Notes: generated by a model from the sequence alone, not told the origin. Counted from the stretch's first letter, positions 30,515 through 40,904 are shown. The stretch: 64,000 nt of DNA from an uncultured Chloroflexia bacterium (GCA_963700285.1 CAVOXA010000022.1:256001-320000); one strand, 5' to 3'. Numbers and translations are program-made.

Positions 30515-32227
30515 ATGATAGATCTCTTGCTCAGGAACGCTCGCATCGTGGATGGGACCGGAAATCCCTGGTACAGGGGCGATCTAGCCGTCGAGGGCGG
30601 CAGGATCGCGGCCATCGGCCGCCTGGGCCCGGCCAAAGCCCGGCGCGTCCTCGACGTGGAGGGCAACTTTGTCGCCCCGGGCTTTATTGACATTCACGGC
30701 CACTCCGATTACCTGGTGCTGGCCAATCCCCAGGCCGAGAACAAGATCATGCAGGGCGTCACGACCGACATAGCCGGCAACTGCGGTTTCTCCGCGGCCC
30801 CCATTGGCGACGTCTGGCTGCAAGAGTGGTGGGTTGAAGACCCCAACGAGCGTTTTACCGTGGTCTCTCGCGAAGCGGGGCGACAGGTTCTGGGCCGCCA
30901 CGGCATCGAGCTGGACTGGTCCACTCTGGGCGAGTACTATGACCGCATCGGCCAGCGGGGTACGGCCGTCAACTATGGCAGTTTCGTGGGCCAGGCCGCC
31001 CTTCGCCTGGCCGTGACCGGCGACTATGCCCGCATTCCCAGCCCGGAAGAGCTGGAACAGATGCAGGGCTTGCTGGCGCAGGCCATGGAGCAGGGCGCCC
31101 TGGGTTTCTCCACCGAGAGCGGAACCCACAAGGGGATGGATTTTGCCATCGAGGAACTGATTGAGTTGTGCCGTGTCGCGGCTGGCTACGGCGGCCGCTA
31201 TGCCTGTCACATCCGCGACTATGGGGACAAACTGATCGCCGCGGTCAAAGAGGCCCTTTTCGTGGCCGAAGAGGCGGGCATTGAGCTTATCCTCAGCCAC
31301 ATGATGGTCTATGGCCTGGAGAATACCGGCAAGGCGGCCCACGCCCTGCAACTGGTCGAACAGGCGCGGGCGCGGGGGCTGCCCGCTGTGGCCGACATGT
31401 TCCCCTATTGGTTCAACGAGGCGCTGCATTTCTCGCCCTTGCTCACCTCGCTCCTGCCCGCCTGGTTTGTCCAGGGCGGCGACGGCGCCATACTGGAGCG
31501 ATTGCGCGATCCGGAACAACGGGCCAGGCTGAAAGGGGAACTTGAGGCGGGCGAATCCTCCACCTGGTACGTCGTGCCGGGGCGGACCAAGGACGAGGCC
31601 TACGGCCAGAGCCCCCTGGCCCGCGCCCACTGGGAGGACGAACTTGTCCTGCTTTCCTGCCGGAACGGAGAGCAATATCAAGACCAGACCATGGGCGCCA
31701 TTGCCCGGTCCATGGGGGCCGATCCCTTTGAGGCGATCTTGAATTTGCTGGCGCTGGACCCGCAGGCGCGCAAGGTCTTTGTATCGCCCAACGAGGACGA
31801 TCTGCGAACCTTCATGCGCTATCCGGGCATGGCTTTTGGCACCGATGGCGGCCTGATCAAGGCCATCCTCCGGCCCGGCGTGCCCAACCCGGTGCTCTAT
31901 GCTTCCTTCCCCCACGTGCTGGGCAAGTATGTGCGCGAGGAAGGGCTGCTGACCCTGGAAGACGCGGTGCGCAAGATGACTTCCCTGCCGGCTCGAGCCC
32001 TGGGTCTGACAGACCGGGGCCTCTTGCTGCCAGGGATGCAGGCGGACCTCGTTGTCTTCGATCCGGACGAGGTCGACGGAGTTCCCATCTACGATCCCGC
32101 CGCCGACCGGCACACGGCCTACCTGAACAAGGGCATTGAGCTTGTCCTGGTAAACGGCGAGATTGTGCTGGACGGCGATGCGCCCACCGGTGCGTTGCCC
32201 GGCCAGATCCTGCGCGGGGCGGGCTAG
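30515..32227 (+). CDS. N-acyl-D-amino-acid deacylase (D-aminoacylase) family amidohydrolase
   Basis: IVDGTG, APGFIDIHGHSD, GNCGFS, CHIRD, AVRKMTSLPA. Confidence 0.92.
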   Translation: MIDLLLRNARIVDGTGNPWYRGDLAVEGGRIAAIGRLGPAKARRVLDVEGNFVAPGFIDIHGHSDYLVLANPQAENKIMQGVTTDIAGNCGFSAAPIGDVWLQEWWVEDPNERFTVVSREAGRQVLGRHGIELDWSTLGEYYDRIGQRGTAVNYGSFVGQAALRLAVTGDYARIPSPEELEQMQGLLAQAMEQGALGFSTESGTHKGMDFAIEELIELCRVAAGYGGRYACHIRDYGDKLIAAVKEALFVAEEAGIELILSHMMVYGLENTGKAAHALQLVEQARARGLPAVADMFPYWFNEALHFSPLLTSLLPAWFVQGGDGAILERLRDPEQRARLKGELEAGESSTWYVVPGRTKDEAYGQSPLARAHWEDELVLLSCRNGEQYQDQTMGAIARSMGADPFEAILNLLALDPQARKVFVSPNEDDLRTFMRYPGMAFGTDGGLIKAILRPGVPNPVLYASFPHVLGKYVREEGLLTLEDAVRKMTSLPARALGLTDRGLLLPGMQADLVVFDPDEVDGVPIYDPAADRHTAYLNKGIELVLVNGEIVLDGDAPTGALPGQILRGAG

Positions 32228-32348
32228 GCGTTTCTTGCCCAGTGCTTTAGGAAAGGAGGCGCGACTGAGAAGAATCGATCTTGCTGGCGAAAGTACAGAA
32301 ATTCAAGCCCTGGAAGTGGATGGTTCCCCAAAAAAGGAGGGAAGAAAA

Positions 32349-34145
32349 ATGATGGCGAACAAAAAGCTGGTGAGTTCCTTCGTTCTGCTGGCGGTAGTGG
32401 CCCTACTGCTGGCCTCCTGCGGTGCTGCCGCCACGCCGGAAGTGGTCGAGCAAGTCGTGACCCAGGTCGTAAAAGAGACGGTAATCGTCGAGGGCACGCC
32501 GCAGGTCGTCGAGAAAGTCGTGACCCAGGTCGTCGAGAAAGAGGTGACCCAGGTCGTGGTCGAGACCGTAGAGGTCGAAAAAGAAGTTGAAAAGGTCGTC
32601 GAGGTCACCGCCGTTCCCGAGAAGGGCCAGATCCTGCGGGTTGGCATGTGGAGTGGCCCCCAGAGCTTTAACCCTTACATCACCACCGACGACTATAGCG
32701 CCACGCTTTTCGAGAATGTCTATGGCCAGTTGATCCGCCTGGACAAGGAAGGCGCCCCCGTTCCCTACCTGGCCGAGAGTTTTGAGGTGTCAGAGGACGG
32801 GTCGGAATATACCTTCCACCTGCGCGAGAACGCCGTCTGGCACGATGGCACGCCGGTCACCGCCCAGGACGTGGAAATGACGTACCGGCTGCACGGCCAC
32901 CCCGACGTGGCCTCCATCATCGCCGGTAACTTTAAGGCCATCAAGGGCATGGAAGCCTACACGGCCGGCGAAGCCGACAGTGTAGAGGGCCTGCAGATCA
33001 TCGATGACAAGACCATCAAGTTCGTGCTGGAGGAGCCCAACGCGCCCTTTGTCAACAACTTGAACTACTTTGTCCTGCCCGCCCACATCCTGGGCGATGT
33101 CCCGCCGGCGGAGCTGGAGACCCACCCCTATTTCGACGCGCCGACGGTCGGAGCGGGCATGTACAAGTTCGTGGGCTATGAGCCGGATCAGTACATGGAG
33201 TTCGAGGCATTTGAGGATTTCTACCTCGGAGCGCCCAAGATCAAGCGCCTGATCTACCGCATCGGCACCCAGGACGTGCTGCTGGCCCAGTTGCAGAAGG
33301 ACGAGCTGGACTTTGTCTTGGTACCCCCCGCGGAGGTCGAGCGCGTCAAGGCCCTGTATGACATCTCGTTCACGTCGCTCCCCGGGTCTGGCGCGCAGGT
33401 GATGCACTTTAACCTGGGCAAGGATTACTTCCAGGATGTGCGGGTCCGCCAGGCCTTCGCCTACGCCCTCCCGCGCCAGGATATCATCCAGCCGCTCTAC
33501 TTTGGTGAAGCGACGGTGGTCAACTCGCCCAACTCTATCGCCTGGGCCGTTCCCGATGACTTGAACCCCTACGAATACAACCCAGAGAAGGCCAAGGAAC
33601 TGCTGGCCGAAGCTGGCTGGGACCCGGCCCAGAAGCTGGTACTGCGCTACCCCACCGGCAACAAGCCGCGCGAGATGTCCGCGCCGCTCATCCAATCCGC
33701 CCTGAAGGACGTGGGCGTTGAGGTTGAACTGCAGATCACCGACTTTGCCACCCTGCTGGACGATCTCAAGGAAGGCAATTATGACCTGGGCCTGCTGGGC
33801 TGGACAGGCGCCTCGGATCCCGATCTGATCGCCACCATCCTCTACGCCTCGGACAATGTACCGCCGGCCGGCTGGAACATCATGCTCTATCAGAATGAAA
33901 AGGTGGACGAGCTGATGCGAGCGGGCCGCCTGGCCTTTGACCAGGACGAGCGGGCAGAGATCTATCAGGAGATGTACCGCGTCCTCAATGAAGATCTGCC
34001 CGTCGTCTTTCTCTGGTCCGAGAATACCCTGTACGCCTACAATGACCGGCTCCAGGGCTTTGACCCCAGCCGCTTTGGCAGTTGGGCCATCCTGGTTAGC
34101 GGTGCGTTCCCCAACCAGCAGGACCTTACGCTGGCTGGCGAATAG
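32349..34145 (+). CDS. Peptide/nickel-type ABC transporter substrate-binding lipoprotein (SBP_bac_5)
   Basis: LLLASC lipobox; V/E/T-rich repetitive linker; YLAESFEVS, WHDGTPVTAQDV, VRQAFAYA. Confidence 0.92.
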   Translation: MMANKKLVSSFVLLAVVALLLASCGAAATPEVVEQVVTQVVKETVIVEGTPQVVEKVVTQVVEKEVTQVVVETVEVEKEVEKVVEVTAVPEKGQILRVGMWSGPQSFNPYITTDDYSATLFENVYGQLIRLDKEGAPVPYLAESFEVSEDGSEYTFHLRENAVWHDGTPVTAQDVEMTYRLHGHPDVASIIAGNFKAIKGMEAYTAGEADSVEGLQIIDDKTIKFVLEEPNAPFVNNLNYFVLPAHILGDVPPAELETHPYFDAPTVGAGMYKFVGYEPDQYMEFEAFEDFYLGAPKIKRLIYRIGTQDVLLAQLQKDELDFVLVPPAEVERVKALYDISFTSLPGSGAQVMHFNLGKDYFQDVRVRQAFAYALPRQDIIQPLYFGEATVVNSPNSIAWAVPDDLNPYEYNPEKAKELLAEAGWDPAQKLVLRYPTGNKPREMSAPLIQSALKDVGVEVELQITDFATLLDDLKEGNYDLGLLGWTGASDPDLIATILYASDNVPPAGWNIMLYQNEKVDELMRAGRLAFDQDERAEIYQEMYRVLNEDLPVVFLWSENTLYAYNDRLQGFDPSRFGSWAILVSGAFPNQQDLTLAGE

Positions 34146-34158
34146 TCGTCTGGATAGC

Positions 34159-34192
34159 AGATGGGACCATCCATCATCGGGTGGTCCCATCT
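34159..34192 (+). terminator. Stem-loop after the SBP gene
   Basis: AGATGGGACCA...TGGTCCCATCT inverted repeat; no strong U-tract, so it may be an mRNA stabiliser. Confidence 0.5.
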
Positions 34193-34282
34193 CTGCGGGT
34201 ACAAAACTCACCTTTGGGTGATCGTCATCCTGAGTCTATCTGTGGCGTGTGCCACTACTCGTTGAGCAATGACACCCAACCT

Positions 34283-34403
34283 CGTCATCGCGAGGAGCGT
34301 CAGCGACGAAGCGATCCCCAACCTACCCAGTGGGGACTGCTTTCCTGTCGATGCGCTCAGGATAGGCTGTCGCTCGCAAACAGCGCTCGCTCCTCGCAGT
34401 GAC
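34283..34403 (+). mobile_element. MITE/RPE-like element (with degenerate neighbours up to about 34555)
   Basis: GTCATCGCGAGGAGC...GAAGCGATCCC...GCTCCTCGCAGTGAC terminal inverted repeats. Confidence 0.6.
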
Positions 34404-34622
34404 AGGATCGGTGTCATTAGTGGCCGCGCCCTTTGCGGCAGCCTGTCCCGAGTCATGTGAGGGAAAGCAATCCCCACCTGCGCCCGAGTCGGGGACTGCC
34501 GCCGCGTGACCTCGCGGCGGGCGTGGAGGTGCTTCGCTGGCGCCGCAGTGACAAGAACGAGGTCACCAGTAGCGCAGTCCGTGATTATGAATGGACCGCC
34601 TGGAGCTGGCTTGGAGTAATCA

Positions 34623-35579
34623 ATGCATCGCTACATCATACAGCGCCTGCTGACTTCGATCCCCATCGTGCTGGGGATCACCTTTGTCACCTTTCTGATC
34701 ATCAATGCCGCGCCGGGCGATCCGGTGGACCTGATGGTCAACCCCATGGCCGGCGTGTCTCCCGAGGCCGTCGAAGCCAGGCGGGAGGCCCTGGGTCTCA
34801 ACGAGCCCCTGCTGGTGCGCTATGCGCTCTGGCTCAAGGAGGTTGCCAGCGGCAACCTGGGCTATTCGTTGGTCAACCGCGAGCCGGTGTTGGACCGTAT
34901 CGGCCGCCGGCTGTGGCCGACGATCCAGCTCATGGGCACGGCCCTGCTCTTGGGAGTCGTCATTGGCATTCCCCTGGGGGTACTCTCGGCCATCCGCCGC
35001 TATTCCTTCCTGGACCATTTCTCCACGGTCATGGCCTTCCTGGGGGTCTCGAGCCCGAGCTTTTTTCTGGGACTCGGCGCCATCTATTTCCTGTCCCTCA
35101 AGCTCGATCTGCTGCCGACCGCCGGCATGCAGACCCTGGGCGCGCCCTATTCACTCCTCGACCGGCTCCACCATCTCATCCTGCCGGCTCTGGTCCTTTC
35201 GGTGGGCACCACGGCCTCGCTGATGCGCTACACGCGCTCCAGCATGCTCGAGGTCATTGCCCAGGACTATATCACCACCGCCCGCGGCAAGGGCCTGAGG
35301 GAGCGCAGCATCGTCATCGGCCATGCCCTGCGCAACGCCCTGCTGCCGGTGATCACCATCCTGGGCCTCAGCCTGGCGACGATCTTTGGCGGCGCGGTGA
35401 TCACCGAGCAGATCTTTCAGTGGCCGGGCATTGGCATGCTGACCATCCAATCGGTCACCGCGCGGGATTACCCGGTTCTCATGGGCCTGACCTTTTTCAC
35501 CGCCATCCTGGTCTTTCTCGGCAACCTGCTGGCGGATATCGCCTACTCCTTTGCCGACCCACGCATCGTGTACAAATAG
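34623..35579 (+). CDS. ABC peptide transporter permease (OppB/DppB-like)
   Basis: APGDP, DYITTARGKGL...HALRNALLP EAA loop. Confidence 0.92.
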   Translation: MHRYIIQRLLTSIPIVLGITFVTFLIINAAPGDPVDLMVNPMAGVSPEAVEARREALGLNEPLLVRYALWLKEVASGNLGYSLVNREPVLDRIGRRLWPTIQLMGTALLLGVVIGIPLGVLSAIRRYSFLDHFSTVMAFLGVSSPSFFLGLGAIYFLSLKLDLLPTAGMQTLGAPYSLLDRLHHLILPALVLSVGTTASLMRYTRSSMLEVIAQDYITTARGKGLRERSIVIGHALRNALLPVITILGLSLATIFGGAVITEQIFQWPGIGMLTIQSVTARDYPVLMGLTFFTAILVFLGNLLADIAYSFADPRIVYK

Positions 35580-35586
35580 GACGGGT

Positions 35587-36546
35587 ATGCCGCCGACAGA
35601 AGGTCAGCCCTCAGAAGAAGAAAAGGTCCCGGCGAGCCAACCGGCAGTCCTGTCCGTCCGCGGCCCGGACGTGGCGGCTGTATCGTCCAAGCCGCTGACC
35701 ATGCGCGCCCTGGTCTGGCGCCGCTACAAGCGCCACGTCCCGGCCATGATCAGCAGCGCCGTCTTGCTGATCCTGATCCTCATGGCCATCTTTGCTCCCC
35801 AGGTGACCGGGCACTGCGACCCCTATGCCAACAACCTCAAGCACTTTCGGGCACCACCCGGTGAGGGCTATCCCCTGGGAACCGACACGCTGGGGCGCGA
35901 TGTGTACTGCCGCCTGGTCTATGCCAGCCGGGTGTCCCTCTCTGTCGGCCTGGTCGCCGTCTCCATCTCACTCCTGATCGGCACCATCCTGGGCGTCATC
36001 GCCGGCTATACCGGTGGGCCTGTCGATGCCTTTGTGATGAGGTTGTCCGACGTGGTCCTTTCCTTCCCCCTGCTGATGATCATCATTGTGATCGTCAGCG
36101 TCGTGGGACCCAGCGTCTACAACGTCATGGTGGTCATCGGCCTGCTGAGCTGGCCGGCCGTGGCCCGCCTGGTCCGCGGCAACGTCCTATCGCTGCGCGA
36201 GCAGGACTTTATTATCGCTGCCCGGGCCTCAGGCGTGCCCGACCGGCGCATCGCCCTGCGCCACATCCTGCCCAACACCATCGCCGAGGTCGTGGTCGCC
36301 GGAACCTTTGGCGTGGCCGCGGCCATCCTCATCGAGGCCGGCCTGAGTTTTCTCGGCATGGGCGTCCAGCCGCCCATGGCCAGTTGGGGCAACATGCTCA
36401 TCGACGCCCAGTCCCTGACCATCCTGGAGTCGATGCCCTGGCTCTGGATCCCGCCCGGGCTCATGATCGCCCTGGCTGTCCTCAGCATCAATTTCGTAGG
36501 CGACGGCCTCCGCGATGCCCTCGATCCCCGCAGCCTGGTCGACTAA
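35587..36546 (+). CDS. ABC peptide transporter permease (OppC/DppC-like)
   Basis: LGTDTLGRD, AARASG...RHILPN, GDGLRDALDPR. Confidence 0.92.
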   Translation: MPPTEGQPSEEEKVPASQPAVLSVRGPDVAAVSSKPLTMRALVWRRYKRHVPAMISSAVLLILILMAIFAPQVTGHCDPYANNLKHFRAPPGEGYPLGTDTLGRDVYCRLVYASRVSLSVGLVAVSISLLIGTILGVIAGYTGGPVDAFVMRLSDVVLSFPLLMIIIVIVSVVGPSVYNVMVVIGLLSWPAVARLVRGNVLSLREQDFIIAARASGVPDRRIALRHILPNTIAEVVVAGTFGVAAAILIEAGLSFLGMGVQPPMASWGNMLIDAQSLTILESMPWLWIPPGLMIALAVLSINFVGDGLRDALDPRSLVD

Positions 36547-36569
36547 CTCTTTCTACCCAAAACAGAAAA

Positions 36570-37556
36570 CGGCGATAAATCGCCGACTACAAACGGTTGC
36601 GCGCAAGGCGGAGCCCGTTCGTAGTGCGCGATTCATCGCGCTGTCCTGGGTGCAAGTCAAGGTGCAGGCACAGAAAACGGCGATAAATCGCCGACTACGA
36701 ACGGTTGCGCGCAAGGCGGAGCCCGTTCGTAGTGCGCGATTCATCGCGCTGTCCGGTGCAGTCGAGGTGAGGAACGGCGATAAATCGCCGACTACAAACG
36801 GTTGCAGCGCTCAGAACACCGCGCAGCAGGCGATAAATCGCCGACTACAAACGGTTGCGCGCAAGGCGGAGCCCGTTCGTAGTGCGCGATTCATCGCGCT
36901 GGTCTTGGCGGGAGTCAAGGTACAGGCACAGAAAACGGCGATAAATCGCCGACTACAAACGGTTGCGCGCAAGGCGGAGCCCGTTCGTAGTGCGCGATTC
37001 ATCGCGCTGGTCTTGGCGGGCAGCGAGTCGAAGGTAGTCAGGCACAGAAAACGGCGATAAATCGCCGACTACAAACGGTTGCGCGCAAGGCGGAGCCCGT
37101 TCGTAGTGCGCGATTCATCGCGCTGGTCTTGGCGGGAGTCAAGGTACAGGCACAGAAAACGGCGATAAATCGCCGACTACAAACGGTTGCGCGCAAGGCG
37201 GAGCCCGTTCGTAGTGCGCGATTCATCGCGCTGTCCTTGGTGCAAGTCGAGGTGTAGGCACAGAACACGGCGATAAATCGCCGACTACAAACGGTTGCGC
37301 GCAAGGCGGAGCCCGTTCGTAGTGCGCGATTCATCGCGCTGGTCTTGGCGGGAGTCAAGGTAGCAGGCACAGAAAACGGCGATAAATCGCCGACTACGAA
37401 CGGTTGCGCGCAAGGCGGAGCCCGTTCGTAGTGCGCGATTCATCGCGCTGGTCTTGGCGGGGGACAAGGAGTAGGCGCCGAAAACGGCGATGAATCGCCG
37501 ACTACAAACGGTTGCGTGCAAGGCGGAGCCCGTTCGTAGTGCGCGATTCATCGCGC
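36570..37556. repeat. Second GTAG-REP/BIME-like array, about 108 bp period, 10 plus 9 palindromes
   Basis: CGGCGATAAATCGCCGACTAC alternates with GTAGTGCGCGATTCATCGCGC. Same REP pair as 23620-24556 but different linkers. Lies between convergent genes. Confidence 0.93.
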
Positions 37557-37581
37557 TCTCTTCTCCTCTGTCCTCTCTCCC

Positions 37582-38571
37582 TCAGCCCAGCGCCACCCTC
37601 CGGCCCGTCCGCCACGACCGCAGCGCCGCGTCAATGATCTCCATCGACACGATCGCCTCTGCCGCGGGGCTTTCGGGCGCCCGTTTGCCCTCCACGGCAT
37701 CCAGAAAGGCCTGGTGTTCCAGCTCGTACAGCCTGTCCGTCTCGACGGGGATCCGCTCCTCGCGCTCCGAGCGCGCCTCTTTGTTGCCAATGCGGACCGT
37801 CCCCCGATCCATGTCACACAGCGCCCACCCCTCGTCGCCTACCACCTCGCAGGCGTGCCGCTGCGGCATCTGCACATAGTTCAGCTCGATGGTGGTCACC
37901 AGGGGCGCCTCATAATCGCAGACCAGCGACAAAAAGTTGGGATTGGCGCTGAATTCCATGTCGCCGCCCTGGCTGGCGACCATGTAGACGCCCTTTGGTT
38001 TGGCTCCCAGCAGCCAGAACAGCACGTCCGGCTGGTGGGCATAGTCCATCAGCAGCGCGCCCTCCATCTCGGCCTGGTACCGCGAGCCCGAGTTCACCAG
38101 CGTGATGTAGGAACCGACCTGGTAGTGGACCTGCAGGACCGTCCCCAACGCCCCGGCCTCGATCAGCGCCTTCAGCCGCCTGATCACCGGATGAAAGTGC
38201 AGGGAAAAGCCGATGTTCAGGATGGCCCTGGACGTCCCGGCAGCGGCCTGCATCTTGAAGGCGTCCGCCAGGTTGTCGCTCATTGGCTTCTCGCACAGGA
38301 CGTGCACGTCTTGCGCCAGCGCTTGCACGGTCTGCTCGCAGTGCAGGTGATGGGGAGTGGCGATGAGCACCATGTCCGGCCCCGTGGCCAGGGCCTCGTC
38401 GTAGGAGGTATAGAGCGGCATCTCGCCGAACTGCTCAAAGGCCAGCCTGGCCGTCGCCGCGTCCGGTTCGCAGGCGCGGACCTCCAGGTCGCCCCTGGCC
38501 TTGAGCAAACGCGCGTGGCGCCGCCCGATGGAGCCCAGGCCAACGACGACAATGCTCCGCCTCAGTGCCAT
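37582..38571 (-). CDS. Gfo/Idh/MocA oxidoreductase
   Basis: VVGLGSIG, ATPHHLH, CEKPM. Confidence 0.9.
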   Translation of the reverse strand: MALRRSIVVVGLGSIGRRHARLLKARGDLEVRACEPDAATARLAFEQFGEMPLYTSYDEALATGPDMVLIATPHHLHCEQTVQALAQDVHVLCEKPMSDNLADAFKMQAAAGTSRAILNIGFSLHFHPVIRRLKALIEAGALGTVLQVHYQVGSYITLVNSGSRYQAEMEGALLMDYAHQPDVLFWLLGAKPKGVYMVASQGGDMEFSANPNFLSLVCDYEAPLVTTIELNYVQMPQRHACEVVGDEGWALCDMDRGTVRIGNKEARSEREERIPVETDRLYELEHQAFLDAVEGKRAPESPAAEAIVSMEIIDAALRSWRTGRRVALG

Positions 38572-39362
38572 ATGCTGAATCCTCCGTCGACCACCAGGTT
38601 GTCGCCCGTCACATAGTCCGACGCGGCTGAGGCCAGGAACAGCGCCGCCGCCTTGAGGTCGACGCCGTCGCGCCCCATGCGGCCCAGGGCGGTGCGCTCG
38701 CTGTAGGCGTCGATGAAGGCCTGCGGCTGGCCCCGTTCAAAGCCCCCCGGCGAGATGGCGTTTACGTACACGCCATGGGGCGCCAGGTAGGCGGCCAGGT
38801 CCTTGGTCATGCCGATGACGCCGGACTTGGCCGCGGCATAGTCCACCGGCTGTTGGGCCAGCCCCGTGCGCACGTACATGCCCCGGTCCCGGCCTACCAG
38901 GCCGGCGATGGAGGCGATGTTGATGATCTTGCCGCTGCCCTGCGCCGCCATCCGCTTGCCGACCTCCTTGCAGCAATAGAGCGCCCCGGTCAGGTTGGTG
39001 GCGATCAGGTTGCTGATGTCCTGGGGCGAGCGTTCGAACAGGTCCGTGGAGCCCTGCCCCCCGCCTCCCCCGGCGTTGTTGATCAGGACGTCGACGCGCC
39101 CCTTCCAGTCATAGGCCGCCCGCGCCATCTCCGCCACCTGCTCATAGTCGCGCACGTCCAGTTGCAGCGGCAATACCTCTACCCCGTGGGCCGCCCGTAG
39201 CTGCGCCGCCGCCTGCTCGGCGCTGGCCAGGCTCCGGGAAGTGATGACCAGGTCCGAGCCCGCCTCGGCCAGCGCCCCGGCCATATCGAAGCCCAGCGTT
39301 CGGGCGCCGCCCGTGACAATGGCCACCTGGCCCTTCAGGCTAAAAGAATCGATCACGCTCAT
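38562..39362 (-). CDS. SDR family oxidoreductase (gluconate 5-dehydrogenase-like)
   Basis: VTGGARTLG, INNAG, YAAAK, VNAISPG, LVVDGG. Confidence 0.92.
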   Translation of the reverse strand: MSVIDSFSLKGQVAIVTGGARTLGFDMAGALAEAGSDLVITSRSLASAEQAAAQLRAAHGVEVLPLQLDVRDYEQVAEMARAAYDWKGRVDVLINNAGGGGGQGSTDLFERSPQDISNLIATNLTGALYCCKEVGKRMAAQGSGKIINIASIAGLVGRDRGMYVRTGLAQQPVDYAAAKSGVIGMTKDLAAYLAPHGVYVNAISPGGFERGQPQAFIDAYSERTALGRMGRDGVDLKAAALFLASAASDYVTGDNLVVDGGFSIWH

Positions 39363-39624
39363 GTTTTGAGATCCTCCTCAATGTGTGGTTTCGGGTCCCT
39401 GGAAATCCTATTCTATGCCAGATCCTTCTGCTTTGCAAGTTCCGCGCCAGGCCTTTGGTGGCATTCTCGTCAGGGGGCGTGGGTGCGATTCTGGCACCGC
39501 CGTAAACAGGCGGTGCTGGGCAGGCTTCTGGCGATTTCAGTGCCTAGCACCGGCCCTTTTAGGATACTGTTGGCTTATTACACCAGAGATCTGGTCAACT
39601 CCCGGCTTCAAGGACGTCTGGCTG

Positions 39625-39716
39625 CTCCGCGGCCTCACCCACGACGGCCAGGCGGTCACCGCCATCCCCTACGCCTACTGGGCCAACCGCGGCCGGTCAA
39701 AGATGACGGTGCTGGT
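39625..39716 (+). pseudogene. C-terminal remnant of a GH127-like glycoside hydrolase
   Basis: AVTAIPYAYWANRGRSKMTV resembles the GH127 C-terminal IPYxxWxNRG..M.VW motif; no upstream part present. Confidence 0.45.
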
Positions 39717-39830
39717 TCTGGTATCGGGATCTTTTGTACTGGGAAACTCTATGAGGGAGAAGCCAGGCCTGGCAGGCTATGCGCACCGCGTACACGCTGC
39801 CAGGCCTTTGAGGGGGGAGGGCACTAGAAC

Positions 39831-40079
39831 TCAAGCGGTCCGCCCAAGCTTTCCATCTAGGGGCAACTCGCTGGTCGTACTCTCCTGCTCCAGCCAGGCA
39901 CCTACCACCGAGAGCAGGTGCCCTGCCTCGCCCATCAGGCGCCGGCCCAGGCGGGATACCCGTTCCAGGGACTTGGTGCCCGACGTGCGGGAGAGACGCC
40001 AGCTCGCTGCTTCGTCCTCTGATTCTTTTCGGTACTGGTCTACGATCATCATTCCCAGGTATGGATCCATCGGCAACAT
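39831..40079 (-). CDS. Small hypothetical protein (paralog 3)
   Basis: AGGAGG RBS; shares the SRLGRRLMGEAGHLLSVVGAWLE amphipathic motif with its neighbours. Confidence 0.7.
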   Translation of the reverse strand: MLPMDPYLGMMIVDQYRKESEDEAASWRLSRTSGTKSLERVSRLGRRLMGEAGHLLSVVGAWLEQESTTSELPLDGKLGRTA

Positions 40080-40218
40080 GTTGCACCTCCTCAGGCTAGT
40101 ACTACCGTTGTTTACCCCTTGAGCGGAACTGCGCTCGTTTTCCCGGCAGGGTGATGAAAAGAGGCCCAGGTCATCCATCTTCTGCGGCTTTCTGCCAGGC
40201 CTGGGCCGGGCTGCCAGG

Positions 40219-40467
40219 TCACGACGTCGCTCTCATCTGGTCGGCTCGTGCTGCCTTGCCTGGTACGCCTTGTAGTTCGAGCCAGGTGCCCAGTCTTTGC
40301 AGGCTATGGCCCGACTGGCGGAACAGGCGGCTCACCATGCCTGCCAACCAGCCCTGGGCCCCAGCTTTGCTTTCCTGCCCGAGGCGGGAAGCTTCTGCCT
40401 CCTGCTGCGCTTGGCGTACGCTGTCGTTCATCAATCGTTCGGCCCAATACAGGTCCTCGCCCAGCAT
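40219..40467 (-). CDS. Small hypothetical protein (paralog 2)
   Basis: AGGAGG RBS; GWLAGMVSRLFRQSGHSLQRLGTWLE. Confidence 0.7.
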   Translation of the reverse strand: MLGEDLYWAERLMNDSVRQAQQEAEASRLGQESKAGAQGWLAGMVSRLFRQSGHSLQRLGTWLELQGVPGKAARADQMRATS

Positions 40468-40519
40468 CTGTCACCTCCTACCATCATCTGTCTCTCCAGG
40501 TTCTGTTGAGAGCCCACCC

Positions 40520-40762
40520 CTAGCCGCTCCAGCTCATCCGTGTGTCCAAGGATGACCCGGGCCATGCGCCATTCCGGTCCAGCCACGCCTCTGCGCATGA
40601 GAGCAGATACCCAGATCTATCGAGGAGGCGGCGGCCCCGGCGCGACAGCCACCCCCGCGGGCTGAGGGCGTCCCGATCCAGATATATCGCATTCGCTCCC
40701 TGCGCCTTGGCGCGGCGCGATGCCACAAAAATGCCTGCCGACCGTTCGTTTGTACCGTTCAT
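40520..40762 (-). CDS. Small hypothetical protein (paralog 1)
   Basis: GAGGAG RBS; GWLSRRGRRLLDRSGYLLSCAEAWLD. Confidence 0.6.
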   Translation of the reverse strand: MNGTNERSAGIFVASRRAKAQGANAIYLDRDALSPRGWLSRRGRRLLDRSGYLLSCAEAWLDRNGAWPGSSLDTRMSWSG

Positions 40763-40803
40763 CAGGGCTCCTCTTCGTCAGGGGTTCGAGCCTGACTATA
40801 CAC

Positions 40804-40833
40804 ATGAACGAGGGCTGGGCCCGATTTCCGGCA
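40804..40833 (-). promoter_or_regulatory. Putative ECF promoter TGCCGGAAA-N14-CGTTCAT
   Basis: Same boxes and spacing at 43141-43170; variants at 40119-40148 and 46875-46905. Confidence 0.6.
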
Positions 40834-40841
40834 GGCCAAGC

Positions 40842-40874
40842 AAAAAAGAGCCCCTGGTAACAAACCAGGGGCTC
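40842..40874 (-). terminator. Intrinsic terminator after the S8 gene
   Basis: Minus strand GAGCCCCTGGT-loop-ACCAGGGGCTC-TTTTTT. Confidence 0.8.
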
Positions 40875-40904
40875 GCTGGCTCCGTGCCAGCCTGGCCAGG
40901 CTGG

